DNA of 18,787 nt from a virus (IMGVR_UViG_2778261532_000018:1-18787); one strand, 5' to 3'. Counted from the stretch's first letter, positions 8,388 to 16,159 are shown. Numbers and translations are program-made. Notes: generated from the letters alone by a model not told the origin.

Positions 8388-9085
8388 ACACTTGCTCCTT
8401 TCAGTCCGAACTTAGCTTTGAGTTCTGCGATCTTCGCCAGAGCCTGTGCACGATTTAGAGGTCTACCGCCCATGACAGGAAGTTGTTTTACTGGTTCAGG
8501 GATCGCCTCACCACGGTTAATTCTCGCAGTCATATGGACAAGCTCATCTGCGGCCTTACGGCGTAATTCCGCATCAGTAAGCGCATTGGCCCGCATGTTC
8601 TGATACAGGTTGGTAACCAGCCAGTAGTGCGCGTTTGATTTCCACGGATAAGACTCCGCATCCGGATACAGGCCTCGCTTCCGGCAATACTCGTAAACCA
8701 TATCAACCAGCTCGCTGACGTTTGGCAGTCCGGCGATAACGGATGCTTCTTCCCGGCACCATGCAACAAACTGCCCGGGTGATGGCAGAAATGGTCGATT
8801 CTGCCGACGGGCTACGCGCATTCCTGCGTTAACCTGTTCCATTGTGGTGATCCCGTTTTCCCGGAAAGCCAGCACCCACTGGCGGCGGATTTCGTTCAGT
8901 TCGTTCTGGTCCCGGTTAGCCAGGCTCGCCGGGAAAGTTGCCAGTAACTGGCTGAACACACCATTGATGATCTGCGCTACCTGTTGTACCTGCGGCTTTT
9001 CGTCGTACTGTTCCGGCATGTTGTTGGCGATCCGACGCATCTGCTCACGGTCAAAGTTAACCATCTGTGCGGCGATGTTTTTCAT
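8384..9085 (-). CDS. P: Replication protein P (DnaB helicase loader)
   Basis: 233-aa product MKNIAAQMVNFDREQMRRIANNMPEQYDEKPQVQQVAQIING... matches lambda P as I recall it. Confidence 0.95.
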   Translation of the reverse strand: MKNIAAQMVNFDREQMRRIANNMPEQYDEKPQVQQVAQIINGVFSQLLATFPASLANRDQNELNEIRRQWVLAFRENGITTMEQVNAGMRVARRQNRPFLPSPGQFVAWCREEASVIAGLPNVSELVDMVYEYCRKRGLYPDAESYPWKSNAHYWLVTNLYQNMRANALTDAELRRKAADELVHMTARINRGEAIPEPVKQLPVMGGRPLNRAQALAKIAELKAKFGLKGASV

Positions 9086-9981
9086 AGATCCACCCCGTAA
9101 ATCCAGTCTGTGTTTGTCAGGTCGAGTTTTGGTTTGCTGGCTATCACGCCTGCCTGTTGCTTGTTACGGTTGATTTCGAGTTGGGTCCACTTATCGCGGA
9201 GTTTGGCCGGGCTCAGCACGTTACCGGACCAGAAGTTGTCCTGGCAGGCCCAGCGGAAAAGCACACACATATCGCGGTGGTTACGTCCGTCACGTTCACG
9301 CATCAGGCGGATATCGTTAGCCCACCCAGCAAAATTCGGTTTTCTGGCTGATGGCGCGATGGTCTTCACCATGTCAAACATCCACTCTGCGGCGGTCAGG
9401 TCTTCTGCTGTTCCCCACTTGCTGCCGCTCTGAATTGCAGCATCCGGTTTAACCACAGAAAGATCGTTTTCTGGCTGGTCAGAGGATTCGCCAGAATTCT
9501 CTGACGAATAATCTTTTCTTTTTTCTTTTGTATTAGTGTCTTTTGTGTTCCCCTGTTTTGAGGGATAGCAATCCCCCAATTTGAGGGATGTTTTATCCCT
9601 CGTTTTAGGGGGTTTTCCCTCGTTTTGAGGGATACACCATTCTGAGATGTTTTTATTTGGTCCAAACATGCCGCCTTGCTGCTTGATAATATTCATTCTG
9701 ACGAGTTCTAACTTGGCTTCATTGCACCGTTTAACAGGTAACTTTGTAATCTCGCTAAGTTGAGAATCGGTGATTCTGTCCATTGGTTTATTCCACCCAT
9801 AGGTTTTACGCAGAATGGCAAGCAGCACTTTAAACTGTCGCTTGGTCAGATCTGCGCCTGAATAAGCCTCAAGCAGCATATTTGATAGTCTGGCGTAACC
9901 ATCATCGAGATCTGCCACATTACGCTCCTGTCCGGCAAAGTTACCTCGGCCGAAGTTGAGTATTTTTGCTGTATTTGTCAT
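9082..9981 (-). CDS. O: Replication initiator O
   Basis: 299-aa product MTNTAKILNFGRGNFAGQERNVADLDDGYARLSNMLLEAYSGADLTKRQFK... matches lambda O; contains the ori iterons. Confidence 0.95.
   Translation of the reverse strand: MTNTAKILNFGRGNFAGQERNVADLDDGYARLSNMLLEAYSGADLTKRQFKVLLAILRKTYGWNKPMDRITDSQLSEITKLPVKRCNEAKLELVRMNIIKQQGGMFGPNKNISEWCIPQNEGKPPKTRDKTSLKLGDCYPSKQGNTKDTNTKEKRKDYSSENSGESSDQPENDLSVVKPDAAIQSGSKWGTAEDLTAAEWMFDMVKTIAPSARKPNFAGWANDIRLMRERDGRNHRDMCVLFRWACQDNFWSGNVLSPAKLRDKWTQLEINRNKQQAGVIASKPKLDLTNTDWIYGVDL
9495..9635. repeat. ori-lambda: four ~18-bp iterons (9550-9634) plus adjacent AT-rich region (about 9495-9545) inside O
   Basis: Four copies of a TCCCTC-N6-GAGGGA type inverted motif at ~22-bp spacing, flanked by an A/T-rich stretch. 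Confidence 0.85.
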
Positions 9982-9984
9982 AAT
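9956..9984 (+). promoter_or_regulatory. pO promoter for OOP RNA
   Basis: -35 TTGAGT (9956-9961), 17-bp spacer, -10 CATAAT (9979-9984). Confidence 0.6.
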
Positions 9985-9991
9985 GACTCCT

Positions 9992-10068
9992 GTTGATAGA
10001 TCCAGTAATGACCTCAGAATTCCATCTGGATTTGTTCAGAACGCTCGGTTGCCGCCGGGCGTTTTTTA
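9992..10068 (+). ncRNA. oop: OOP antisense RNA ending in the lambda t0 terminator
   Basis: Sequence from GTTGATAGATCCAGTAATGACC to GCCGCCGGGCGTTTTTT matches the lambda oop/t0 region as I recall it; overlaps the 3' end of cII on the opposite strand. Confidence 0.8.
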
Positions 10069-10310
10069 TTGGTGAGTCCATCAAGCGCATACTTAAAAGC
10101 CCTGCTAATCGGACTGATGTCTGATGCCATTCCGAAAGCACACAAGACCGAAGCAATAAATCTCCAGTCCGTTCTGCTTATCTTCGATTCATGACAGCCA
10201 ATCATCTTTGCCAAACCGCGCTGTGTAAGCGTTGACAGGTTGATGAGTAAATCTGTTTCTGCGCGATCAACGTCGCGCTGTGATAGTTTGCTGTAACTTG
10301 TTTGTTCCAT
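10014..10310 (-). CDS. cII: CII-type lysogeny activator (P22 c1-like N-terminal part, lambda CII-like C-terminus)
   Basis: 98-aa product; the C-terminal TNKKRPAATERSEQIQMEF matches lambda CII, the N-terminal two thirds does not. Confidence 0.8.
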   Translation of the reverse strand: MEQTSYSKLSQRDVDRAETDLLINLSTLTQRGLAKMIGCHESKISRTDWRFIASVLCAFGMASDISPISRAFKYALDGLTNKKRPAATERSEQIQMEF

Positions 10311-10324
10311 TTCTTACTATTTCC

Positions 10325-10366
10325 ATAGGTAAATAATCACTAATACTCATCTTTCGATGAGTGATT
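10325..10366 (-). terminator. Candidate tR1 hairpin between nutR and cII
   Basis: Minus strand AATCACTCATC-GAAA-GATGAGT...AGTGATT nested hairpin followed by a moderately T-rich tail. Confidence 0.4.
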
Positions 10367-10374
10367 AATTAGTT

Positions 10375-10410
10375 ACCGCGTTGTCGGCGGTGCAGATTGA
10401 TAAAGAGCGG
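10375..10410 (-). promoter_or_regulatory. nutR (boxA plus P22-type boxB)
   Basis: Minus strand boxA CGCTCTTTA (10401-10409), then boxB ACCGCCGACAACGCGGT (10375-10391), directly after the cro stop. Confidence 0.65.
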
Positions 10411-10419
10411 ATCCGCTTA

Positions 10420-10635
10420 TTAAGCGGTTTTGTGTTCCGGTGGGAACACGTCATCAAGACTGACTTTTGCGCCTAACTTGTTTAGGCACGCAACAAGAGC
10501 ACGGCATGTTTTAAGGTCTGGGAAGCGACGACCAGATTCCCAATGTCCGATAGCTCCCTGTGTGCATCCAACCGCCTTAGCAAGTGTTGTTTGAGAGATA
10601 TTCAGTGACTCTCGATATTTTCGTAGGTTGCTCAT
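10420..10635 (-). CDS. cro: Cro-like repressor (HTH), heterologous immunity
   Basis: 71-aa product MSNLRKYRESLNISQTTLAKAVGCTQGAIGHWESGRR... with HTH; ATG at 10635 preceded by GGAGGG; divergent from cI across an operator region. Confidence 0.8.
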   Translation of the reverse strand: MSNLRKYRESLNISQTTLAKAVGCTQGAIGHWESGRRFPDLKTCRALVACLNKLGAKVSLDDVFPPEHKTA

Positions 10636-10752
10636 ATGCCCTCCATAGTAACCATGAAACAATAATACGATATGTACTTTTGGAATGCAAACAAAAAATA
10701 CATCTTGTGCATGGATGGTTTTAGTACAGAGCGTAATAATAAGGATATGAAA
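10636..10752. promoter_or_regulatory. OR region with divergent PR and PRM and operator-like 13-bp motifs
   Basis: PR on minus strand: -35 TTGCAT (10685-10690), 17-bp spacer, -10 TATTAT (10662-10667). Motif copies ATACGATATGTAC (10665-10677) and GTACAGAGCGTAA (10724-10736) overlap the PR -10 and a putative PRM -10 (TAATAA 10734-10739). Confidence 0.6.
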
Positions 10753-11406
10753 ATGAAATGGTATGAACTGGCTAGATCCAGAATGAAAGAACTCGGCATA
10801 ACTCAAGAGAAGTTAGCTGAAGAGCTTGGTATGACGCAGGGTGGAATTGGTCACTGGTTGCGCGGATCTCGTCATCCATCTCTTGACGAGATTGGTATGG
10901 TGTTTAAATACCTTGGTATTGATAACGTCTCGTTCAACCACGACGGTACATTTTCACCTGTTGGCGAATACTCATCTGCCCCCGTTAAAAAACAATATGA
11001 GTACCCTGTTTTTTCTCATGTTCAGGCCGGGATGTTCTCGCCTGAGATTAGAACCTTTACCAAAGGTGATGCGGAGAGATGGGTAAGCACAACCAAAAAA
11101 GCCAGTGATTCTGCATTCTGGCTTGAGGTTGAAGGCAACTCAATGACAGCGCCGGCAGGATTGAAACCAAGTTTTCCTGATGGAATGTTAATCTTGGTTG
11201 ACCCTGAACAACCTGTTGATCCTGGTGATTTCTGTATCGCTAGACTTGGTGGTGATGAATTCACATTCAAAAAACTGATCAAAGATAGTGGGCAAGTGTT
11301 TTTGCAACCACTCAACCCGCAGTTTCCAATCATCCCATGCAATGAGAACTGCAACATTGTAGGCAAGGTTATCGCCAGTCAATGGCCTGAAGAGACGTTT
11401 GGGTGA
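10753..11406 (+). CDS. cI: CI repressor (heterologous HTH N-domain fused to lambda-type S24 autocleavage C-domain)
   Basis: C-terminal ~130 aa from [17 protein letters not shown]... to [12 protein letters not shown] match lambda CI as I recall it; N-terminus is different. Start 10753 preferred for SD spacing (alternative ATG 10747; track ORF starts at 10672). Confidence 0.9.
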   Translation: MKWYELARSRMKELGITQEKLAEELGMTQGGIGHWLRGSRHPSLDEIGMVFKYLGIDNVSFNHDGTFSPVGEYSSAPVKKQYEYPVFSHVQAGMFSPEIRTFTKGDAERWVSTTKKASDSAFWLEVEGNSMTAPAGLKPSFPDGMLILVDPEQPVDPGDFCIARLGGDEFTFKKLIKDSGQVFLQPLNPQFPIIPCNENCNIVGKVIASQWPEETFG

Positions 11407-11472
11407 TATATGTGAAATGCATATATTGATATAAATGCAGCAATATCAAATAGTTAAAAGGTTATATTTTTA

Positions 11473-11853
11473 ATGAATGATCTTGATAAGAAAAAGTACG
11501 ACCAAGTTATTGATTCTGTGAACTTCGCCCTTAGATCGTTGTCAGAGTTATTCGAAGCCCATGGAATGCATGGGATGTATGATCTAACGAATCCAAGCCT
11601 TGATGAGCTAAAATTAGTGTTTACAAGGATGAAAAACGGTGTTGACTCTATTGCTCAAAGCTTTGAGCACATGGTAGAGACAGCAAAGGATATGGATGCC
11701 GCAAGTGCAAGCATAAATGTTATGAACATCAAACAAGGATTGATGTATGCTGAATCACTATTGCTTGCTGTAGAGAAATTAGACTATGATAAATGTGTGG
11801 AAGCAAATACGCAGATAAAAACCCACGATCTTCCACCAACCCAATGGCCTTAA
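11473..11853 (+). CDS. Hypothetical protein in the rexAB slot downstream of cI (unrecognised, AT-rich)
   Basis: 126-aa ORF, no hydrophobic segment, acidic; AAAAGG 11 nt upstream of ATG; codon usage markedly more AT-rich than neighbouring lambda-type genes. Confidence 0.6.
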   Translation: MNDLDKKKYDQVIDSVNFALRSLSELFEAHGMHGMYDLTNPSLDELKLVFTRMKNGVDSIAQSFEHMVETAKDMDAASASINVMNIKQGLMYAESLLLAVEKLDYDKCVEANTQIKTHDLPPTQWP

Positions 11854-11922
11854 TAGTAAATCAAGATTTCATATAGTCTATTTGAACTAGGCTAGTACCA
11901 TAAAATAAACCGAGGAAACGCA

Positions 11923-12024
11923 ATGAAAACCATGTCCACTCTGCACAAAGATGCAATGACCCTGAGATCTCTCATTAACGAGATTCTGGCTCGCTCGTCA
12001 GCACACACCAAAAAAGCCGCATAA
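11923..12024 (+). CDS. Small ORF (33 aa, basic) preceding the immunity-region terminator
   Basis: Manually translated: MKTMSTLHKDAMTLRSLINEILARSSAHTKKAA; GAGGAA SD 6-7 nt upstream; below the ORF-track length cutoff. Confidence 0.3.
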   Translation: MKTMSTLHKDAMTLRSLINEILARSSAHTKKAA

Positions 12025-12035
12025 TGCCTACATAA

Positions 12036-12061
12036 CCCGGCCTCAGCGCCGGGTTTTCTTT
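12036..12061 (+). terminator. Intrinsic terminator at the end of the cI-distal operon (tIMM-like position)
   Basis: CCCGGC-CTCAGC-GCCGGG followed by TTTTCTTT. Confidence 0.7.
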
Positions 12062-12199
12062 GCCTCACGATCCCCACACCTAATAACACCATAACCAATT
12101 GTATTTATTGAAAAATTGACAGATACAACTTGCTAAACAGTGCAATTCTGATCCCTCACCTACCAAACAATGTACCCCTGCAAAAAATAAATCCATAAA

Positions 12200-12273
12200 A
12201 TACAATATGTTATAAAAAACCAACAACATTTAGAACATTTTGTATTGACTAAATAAAGTACACATCGTACTAT
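12200..12273 (+). promoter_or_regulatory. OL/pL region with operator-like motifs
   Basis: -35 TTGACT (12245-12250), 17-bp spacer, -10 TACTAT (12268-12273); motif copies ATACAATATGTTA (12200-12212), a weaker copy on the opposite strand (12235-12246) and GTACACATCGTAC (12258-12270) overlapping the -10. Confidence 0.55.
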
Positions 12274-12316
12274 TTAGCCATCAGCAGGAAGCTGGAAGCC
12301 AAACGGAACAGATTGG

Positions 12317-12353
12317 CGGGCTCTTTAACTTCGATGGGGCGCTGACAAAGCGC
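12317..12353 (+). promoter_or_regulatory. nutL (boxA plus P22-type boxB)
   Basis: boxA-like GGCTCTTTAAC (12319-12329) then boxB hairpin GCGCTGACAAAGCGC (12339-12353). Confidence 0.7.
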
Positions 12354-12472
12354 AAACAGATACCAAACGAGATGGGTTTGGCGGTGATGTGAATTGCAGC
12401 TGCAACGACAGCAACCAGAAGATCAGCATCTGGCGCATCACCACCAAAGCCATTTCACATGAGGAAAACATC

Positions 12473-12781
12473 ATGACGGTAATCGTGTACGGGAAATCAA
12501 CATTCGCAGGAAATGCCAAAACTCGCCGTCATGAGCGGCGCAGAAAGCTGGCCATCGAGCGTGATTCCATCTGCAACATCATCGATTCGATCTTCGGAAC
12601 AGACAGCGAGGAACCTGTTCAGAAAGACACGAGAAAGCGTTTAAGCCTTTCTGAAAAAGCAATATCACTCGGCAACATTCGTAACCAAAATACCGACGAA
12701 TGCAGTGGAAGTATTTGCCTGCCAAACGTAGCCATTTACGCGGCAGGCTACCGGAAATCAAAACAACTGACGGCGAGGTAA
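12473..12781 (+). CDS. N: Antiterminator N (P22 gene 24-like, arginine-rich motif)
   Basis: Product from MTVIVYGKSTFAGNAKTRRHERRRKLAIERD... ; arginine-rich motif matches P22 N as I recall it; GAGGAA SD; start is the internal ATG of the track ORF. Confidence 0.85.
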   Translation: MTVIVYGKSTFAGNAKTRRHERRRKLAIERDSICNIIDSIFGTDSEEPVQKDTRKRLSLSEKAISLGNIRNQNTDECSGSICLPNVAIYAAGYRKSKQLTAR

Positions 12782-12783
12782 TT

Positions 12784-13200
12784 ATGGATTTAAGTAAATT
12801 AGAAAGCTCCTTGGAAGCATCAGTAAAAAATTTTATATCAGTAATTGATGAAAAAACTGAAGATATTAAGAAAGCAACTATTGCAGAACTTATTCAAACA
12901 AGAGCCAGTACATTTGATCATCTTCCTGATGATGTCCGGTCAGCGGCAATTCATTTATATGTTACAGCGCTAAGCAATATTGAACCCCCAATTGATGAAG
13001 AATCAAGAGATATTCAGAAAAAACGGTTTGAGATGTTAGCCAGCAACATTATCGCTGGTTTCACACAACTCTTAACAAAAGAGCCTGCCAGTGAGGCTGT
13101 TCGCCAGCAGGCTCAGGTAATGATTAATCAGGCAGAAACTATTTCACGTGAGCGAAAAGCATTTGATAAATCGGTTTCTGAACTTCCAACACCTCAATAG
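12784..13200 (+). CDS. Hypothetical protein immediately downstream of N (unrecognised, AT-rich)
   Basis: 138-aa product from MDLSKLESSLEASVKNFISVIDEKTEDIKK...; ATG 2 nt after the N stop with GAGGT upstream; no hydrophobic segment. Confidence 0.55.
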   Translation: MDLSKLESSLEASVKNFISVIDEKTEDIKKATIAELIQTRASTFDHLPDDVRSAAIHLYVTALSNIEPPIDEESRDIQKKRFEMLASNIIAGFTQLLTKEPASEAVRQQAQVMINQAETISRERKAFDKSVSELPTPQ

Positions 13201-13393
13201 CAGCCGCTGAACCTTCCTTCTCAACAAACTTAATAACTTCATCAAGATGCTTTTTTGCATGTGATGATTGCTCAGGCGGCATAGCAGAAACTATCGAAAT
13301 GATTGCTTGCTGGAGCGCGAGGTTTTCAGTGCTCAGTTTTGAAACTCTGTCGTTTAAATCCTCAATGACTTTAACAAGAGATACATCTGACAT
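13139..13393 (-). CDS. Hypothetical protein, convergent with and overlapping the 3' end of the 12784-13200 gene
   Basis: 84-aa product from MSDVSLVKVIEDLNDRVSKLSTENLALQQ...; strong AAGGAG SD 5 nt upstream of the ATG at 13393. Confidence 0.45.
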   Translation of the reverse strand: MSDVSLVKVIEDLNDRVSKLSTENLALQQAIISIVSAMPPEQSSHAKKHLDEVIKFVEKEGSAAAIEVLEVQKPIYQMLFAHVK

Positions 13394-13404
13394 GTGAACT
13401 CCTT

Positions 13405-13454
13405 CTTTTGACTGTGGAAACAACAGTCTACCCATTTCCTTTGACTGTGGAAAG
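13405..13454. repeat. Two direct repeats with identical 14-bp core TTTGACTGTGGAAA (13407-13420 and 13440-13453)
   Basis: Read directly; 33-bp period; the proximal copy lies immediately upstream of the SD of the 13139-13393 gene. Confidence 0.8.
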
Positions 13455-13513
13455 TGAAGGAACCACCGAGCCTGATGTGGTTAAAAGACAGGCATACGAA
13501 TAAACACTGCACT

Positions 13514-13541
13514 GTGTATTCATTCCAACGAGTGAATACAC
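13514..13541. repeat. Perfect 9-bp inverted repeat GTGTATTCA / TGAATACAC with 10-nt spacer
   Basis: Read directly from sequence; no flanking T-run. Confidence 0.75.
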
Positions 13542-13603
13542 GGAGCAATGTCGCTCGTAACTAAACAGGAGCCGACTTGTTCTGATTATTGGAAATCTTC
13601 TTT

Positions 13604-13629
13604 GCCCTCCAGTGTGAGGGCTTTTTTAT
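13604..13629 (+). terminator. Intrinsic terminator upstream of cIII (tL-type)
   Basis: GCCCTC-CAGTGT-GAGGGC followed by TTTTTTA. Confidence 0.65.
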
Positions 13630-13690
13630 ATGCATACCAATAACGCTTCACTCGAGGCGTTTTTCGTTATGTATAAATAAGGAGCACACC

Positions 13691-13855
13691 ATGCAATATG
13701 CCATTGCAGGGTGGCCTGTTGCTGGCTGCCCTTCCGAATCTTTACTTGAACGAATCACCCGTAAATTACGTGACGGATGGAAACGCCTTATCGACATACT
13801 TAATCAGCCAGGAGTCCCAAAAAATGGATCAAACACTTATGGCTATCCAGACTAA
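13691..13855 (+). CDS. cIII: CIII (FtsH inhibitor)
   Basis: 54-aa product [54 protein letters not shown] matches lambda CIII; AAGGAG SD. Confidence 0.95.
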   Translation: MQYAIAGWPVAGCPSESLLERITRKLRDGWKRLIDILNQPGVPKNGSNTYGYPD

Positions 13856-13967
13856 ATTCACTATCGCCACTTTTATTGGCGATGAAAAGATGTTTCGTGA
13901 GGCCGTCGACGCTTATAAAAAATGGATATTAATACTGAAACTGAGATCAGGCAAAAGCATTCACTAA
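13824..13967 (+). CDS. kil: Kil (host killing/FtsZ inhibitor)
   Basis: 47-aa product [47 protein letters not shown] as in lambda; overlaps cIII end and gam start. Confidence 0.85.
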   Translation: MDQTLMAIQTKFTIATFIGDEKMFREAVDAYKKWILILKLRSGKSIH

Positions 13968-14338
13968 CCCCCTTTCCTGTTTTCCTAATCAGCCCGGCAT
14001 TTCGCGGGCGATATTTTCACAGCTATTTCAGGAGTTCAGCCATGAACGCTTATTACATTCAGGATCGTCTTGAGGCTCAGAGCTGGGCGCGTCACTACCA
14101 GCAGATCGCCCGTGAAGAGAAAGAGGCAGAACTGGCAGACGACATGGAAAAAGGTCTTCCACAGCACCTGTTTGAATCACTCTGCATCGATCATTTGCAA
14201 CGCTGCGGGGCCAGCAAAAAAGCCATTACCCGTGCGTTTGATGACGATGTTGAGTTTCAGGAGCGCATGGCAGAACACATCCGGTACATGGTTGAAACCA
14301 TTGCTCACCACCAGGTTGATATTGATTCAGAGGTATAA
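13922..14338 (+). CDS. gam: Gam (RecBCD inhibitor)
   Basis: 138-aa product [36 protein letters not shown]... matches lambda Gam. Confidence 0.95.
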   Translation: MDINTETEIRQKHSLTPFPVFLISPAFRGRYFHSYFRSSAMNAYYIQDRLEAQSWARHYQQIAREEKEAELADDMEKGLPQHLFESLCIDHLQRCGASKKAITRAFDDDVEFQERMAEHIRYMVETIAHHQVDIDSEV

Positions 14339-14343
14339 AACGG

Positions 14344-15129
14344 ATGAGTACAGCACTCGCAACGCTGGCAGGGAAGCTGGCTGAACGTGTCGGCATGGAT
14401 TCTGTCGACCCACAGGAACTGATCACCACTCTTCGCCAGACGGCATTTAAAGGTGATGCCAGCGATGCGCAGTTCATCGCATTGTTGATCGTCGCCAACC
14501 AGTATGGCCTTAATCCGTGGACGAAAGAAATTTACGCCTTCCCTGATAAGCAGAACGGCATCGTTCCGGTGGTGGGCGTTGATGGCTGGTCCCGCATCAT
14601 CAATGAAAACCAGCAGTTTGATGGCATGGACTTTGAGCAGGACAATGAATCCTGCACATGCCGGATTTACCGCAAGGACCGTAATCATCCGATCTGCGTT
14701 ACCGAGTGGATGGATGAATGCCGCCGCGAACCATTCAAAACCCGCGAAGGCAGAGAAATTACGGGGCCGTGGCAGTCGCATCCCAAACGGATGTTACGGC
14801 ATAAAGCCATGATTCAGTGTGCCCGTCTCGCCTTCGGATTTGCGGGTATCTATGACAAGGATGAAGCCGAGCGCATTGTCGAAAATACCGCATACACTGC
14901 AGAACGTCAGCCGGAACGCGACATCACTCCGGTTAACGATGAAACCATGCAGGAGATTAACACTCTGCTGATCGCCCTGGATAAAACATGGGATGACGAC
15001 TTATTGCCGCTCTGTTCCCAGATATTTCGCCGCGACATTCGTGCATCGTCAGAACTGACACAGGACGAAGCAGTGAAAGCTCTTGGATTCCTGAAACAAA
15101 AAGCCACTGAACAGAAGGTGGCAGCATGA
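14344..15129 (+). CDS. bet: Bet (Red-beta single-strand annealing protein)
   Basis: 261-aa product [48 protein letters not shown]... matches lambda Bet. Confidence 0.95.
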   Translation: MSTALATLAGKLAERVGMDSVDPQELITTLRQTAFKGDASDAQFIALLIVANQYGLNPWTKEIYAFPDKQNGIVPVVGVDGWSRIINENQQFDGMDFEQDNESCTCRIYRKDRNHPICVTEWMDECRREPFKTREGREITGPWQSHPKRMLRHKAMIQCARLAFGFAGIYDKDEAERIVENTAYTAERQPERDITPVNDETMQEINTLLIALDKTWDDDLLPLCSQIFRRDIRASSELTQDEAVKALGFLKQKATEQKVAA

Positions 15130-15806
15130 CACCGGACATTATCCTGCAGCGTACCGGGATCGACGTGAGAGCTATCGAGCAGGGAGATGATGCGTGGCAC
15201 AAATTACGGCTCGGCGTCATCACCGCTTCAGAAGTTCACAACGTGATAGCAAAGCCCCGCTCAGGAAAGAAGTGGCCTGACATGAAAATGTCCTACTTCC
15301 ACACCCTGCTGGCTGAGGTTTGCACCGGTGTGGCTCCGGAAGTTAATGCTAAGGCGCTGGCCTGGGGAAAACAGTACGAGAACGACGCCAGAACTCTGTT
15401 TGAATTCACTTCCGGCGTGAATGTTACTGAATCCCCGATCATCTATCGCGACGAAAGTATGCGCACCGCCTGCTCTCCCGATGGTTTATGCAGTGACGGC
15501 AATGGCCTTGAGCTGAAATGCCCGTTTACCTCCCGGGATTTCATGAAGTTCCGGCTCGGTGGTTTCGAGGCCATAAAGTCGGCTTACATGGCCCAGGTGC
15601 AGTACAGCATGTGGGTGACACGAAAAGATGCCTGGTACTTTGCCAACTATGACCCGCGTATGAAGCGTGAAGGACTGCATTATGTCGTGGTTGAGCGGGA
15701 TGAAAAGTACATGGCGAGTTTTGACGAGATGGTGCCGGAGTTCATCGAAAAAATGGACGAGGCACTGGCTGAAATTGGTTTTGTATTTGGGGAGCAATGG
15801 CGATGA
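15126..15806 (+). CDS. exo: Exo (lambda 5'-3' exonuclease)
   Basis: 226-aa product [50 protein letters not shown]... matches lambda Exo. Confidence 0.95.
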   Translation: MTPDIILQRTGIDVRAIEQGDDAWHKLRLGVITASEVHNVIAKPRSGKKWPDMKMSYFHTLLAEVCTGVAPEVNAKALAWGKQYENDARTLFEFTSGVNVTESPIIYRDESMRTACSPDGLCSDGNGLELKCPFTSRDFMKFRLGGFEAIKSAYMAQVQYSMWVTRKDAWYFANYDPRMKREGLHYVVVERDEKYMASFDEMVPEFIEKMDEALAEIGFVFGEQWR

Positions 15807-15985
15807 CGCATCCTCACGATAATATCCGGGTAGGCGCGATCACTTTCGTCTACTCCGTTACAAAGCGAGGCTGGGTATTTCCCGGCCTTTCTGTTATCAG
15901 AAATCCACTGAAAGCACAGCGGCTGGCTGAGAAGATAAATAATAAACGGGAGGCGGTATGCACAAAGCATCTCCTGTTGAGTTAA
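15797..15985 (+). CDS. Lambda orf60a-like protein
   Basis: 62-aa product containing [48 protein letters not shown]...; matches the lambda orf60a product as I recall it. Confidence 0.75.
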   Translation: MAMTHPHDNIRVGAITFVYSVTKRGWVFPGLSVIRNPLKAQRLAEKINNKREAVCTKHLLLS

Positions 15986-16143
15986 GAACGAGTATTGAGA
16001 TGGCACATAGCCTTGCTCAAATTGGAGTCAGGTTTGTGCCAATACCAGTAGAAACAAACGAAGAATTTCATACGTTAGCCACATCCCTTTCACAAAAGCT
16101 GGAAATGATGGTGGCGAAAGCAGAAGCAGATGAGAGAGACTAG
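15958..16143 (+). CDS. Lambda orf63-like protein
   Basis: 61-aa product [61 protein letters not shown]. Confidence 0.75.
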   Translation: MHKASPVELRTSIEMAHSLAQIGVRFVPIPVETNEEFHTLATSLSQKLEMMVAKAEADERD

Positions 16144-16159
16144 GTATGACAACCACTGA

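Noticed and set aside
8346-9433. Plus-strand ORFs overlapping ren, P and O, and a minus-strand alternative frame at 8530-8769
   Set aside because: All lie antisense or out of frame within lambda-type replication genes.
9396-9665. 89-aa minus-strand ORF across the ori iterons
   Set aside because: Alternative frame inside O covering the iteron repeats; the repeats explain the open frame.
10636-10806. Extended N-terminal part of the cro track ORF (128 aa) and the cI track start at 10672
   Set aside because: Both extensions run through the divergent operator/promoter region; internal ATGs with proper SD spacing (cro 10635, cI 10753) give products of the expected size and HTH placement.
11022-11382. 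Minus-strand ORFs inside cI
   Set aside because: Antisense to the cI C-terminal domain, which matches lambda CI.
14226-16006. Several minus-strand ORFs (up to 158 aa) across gam, bet and exo
   Set aside because: Antisense to genes that match lambda Gam, Bet and Exo along their full length.
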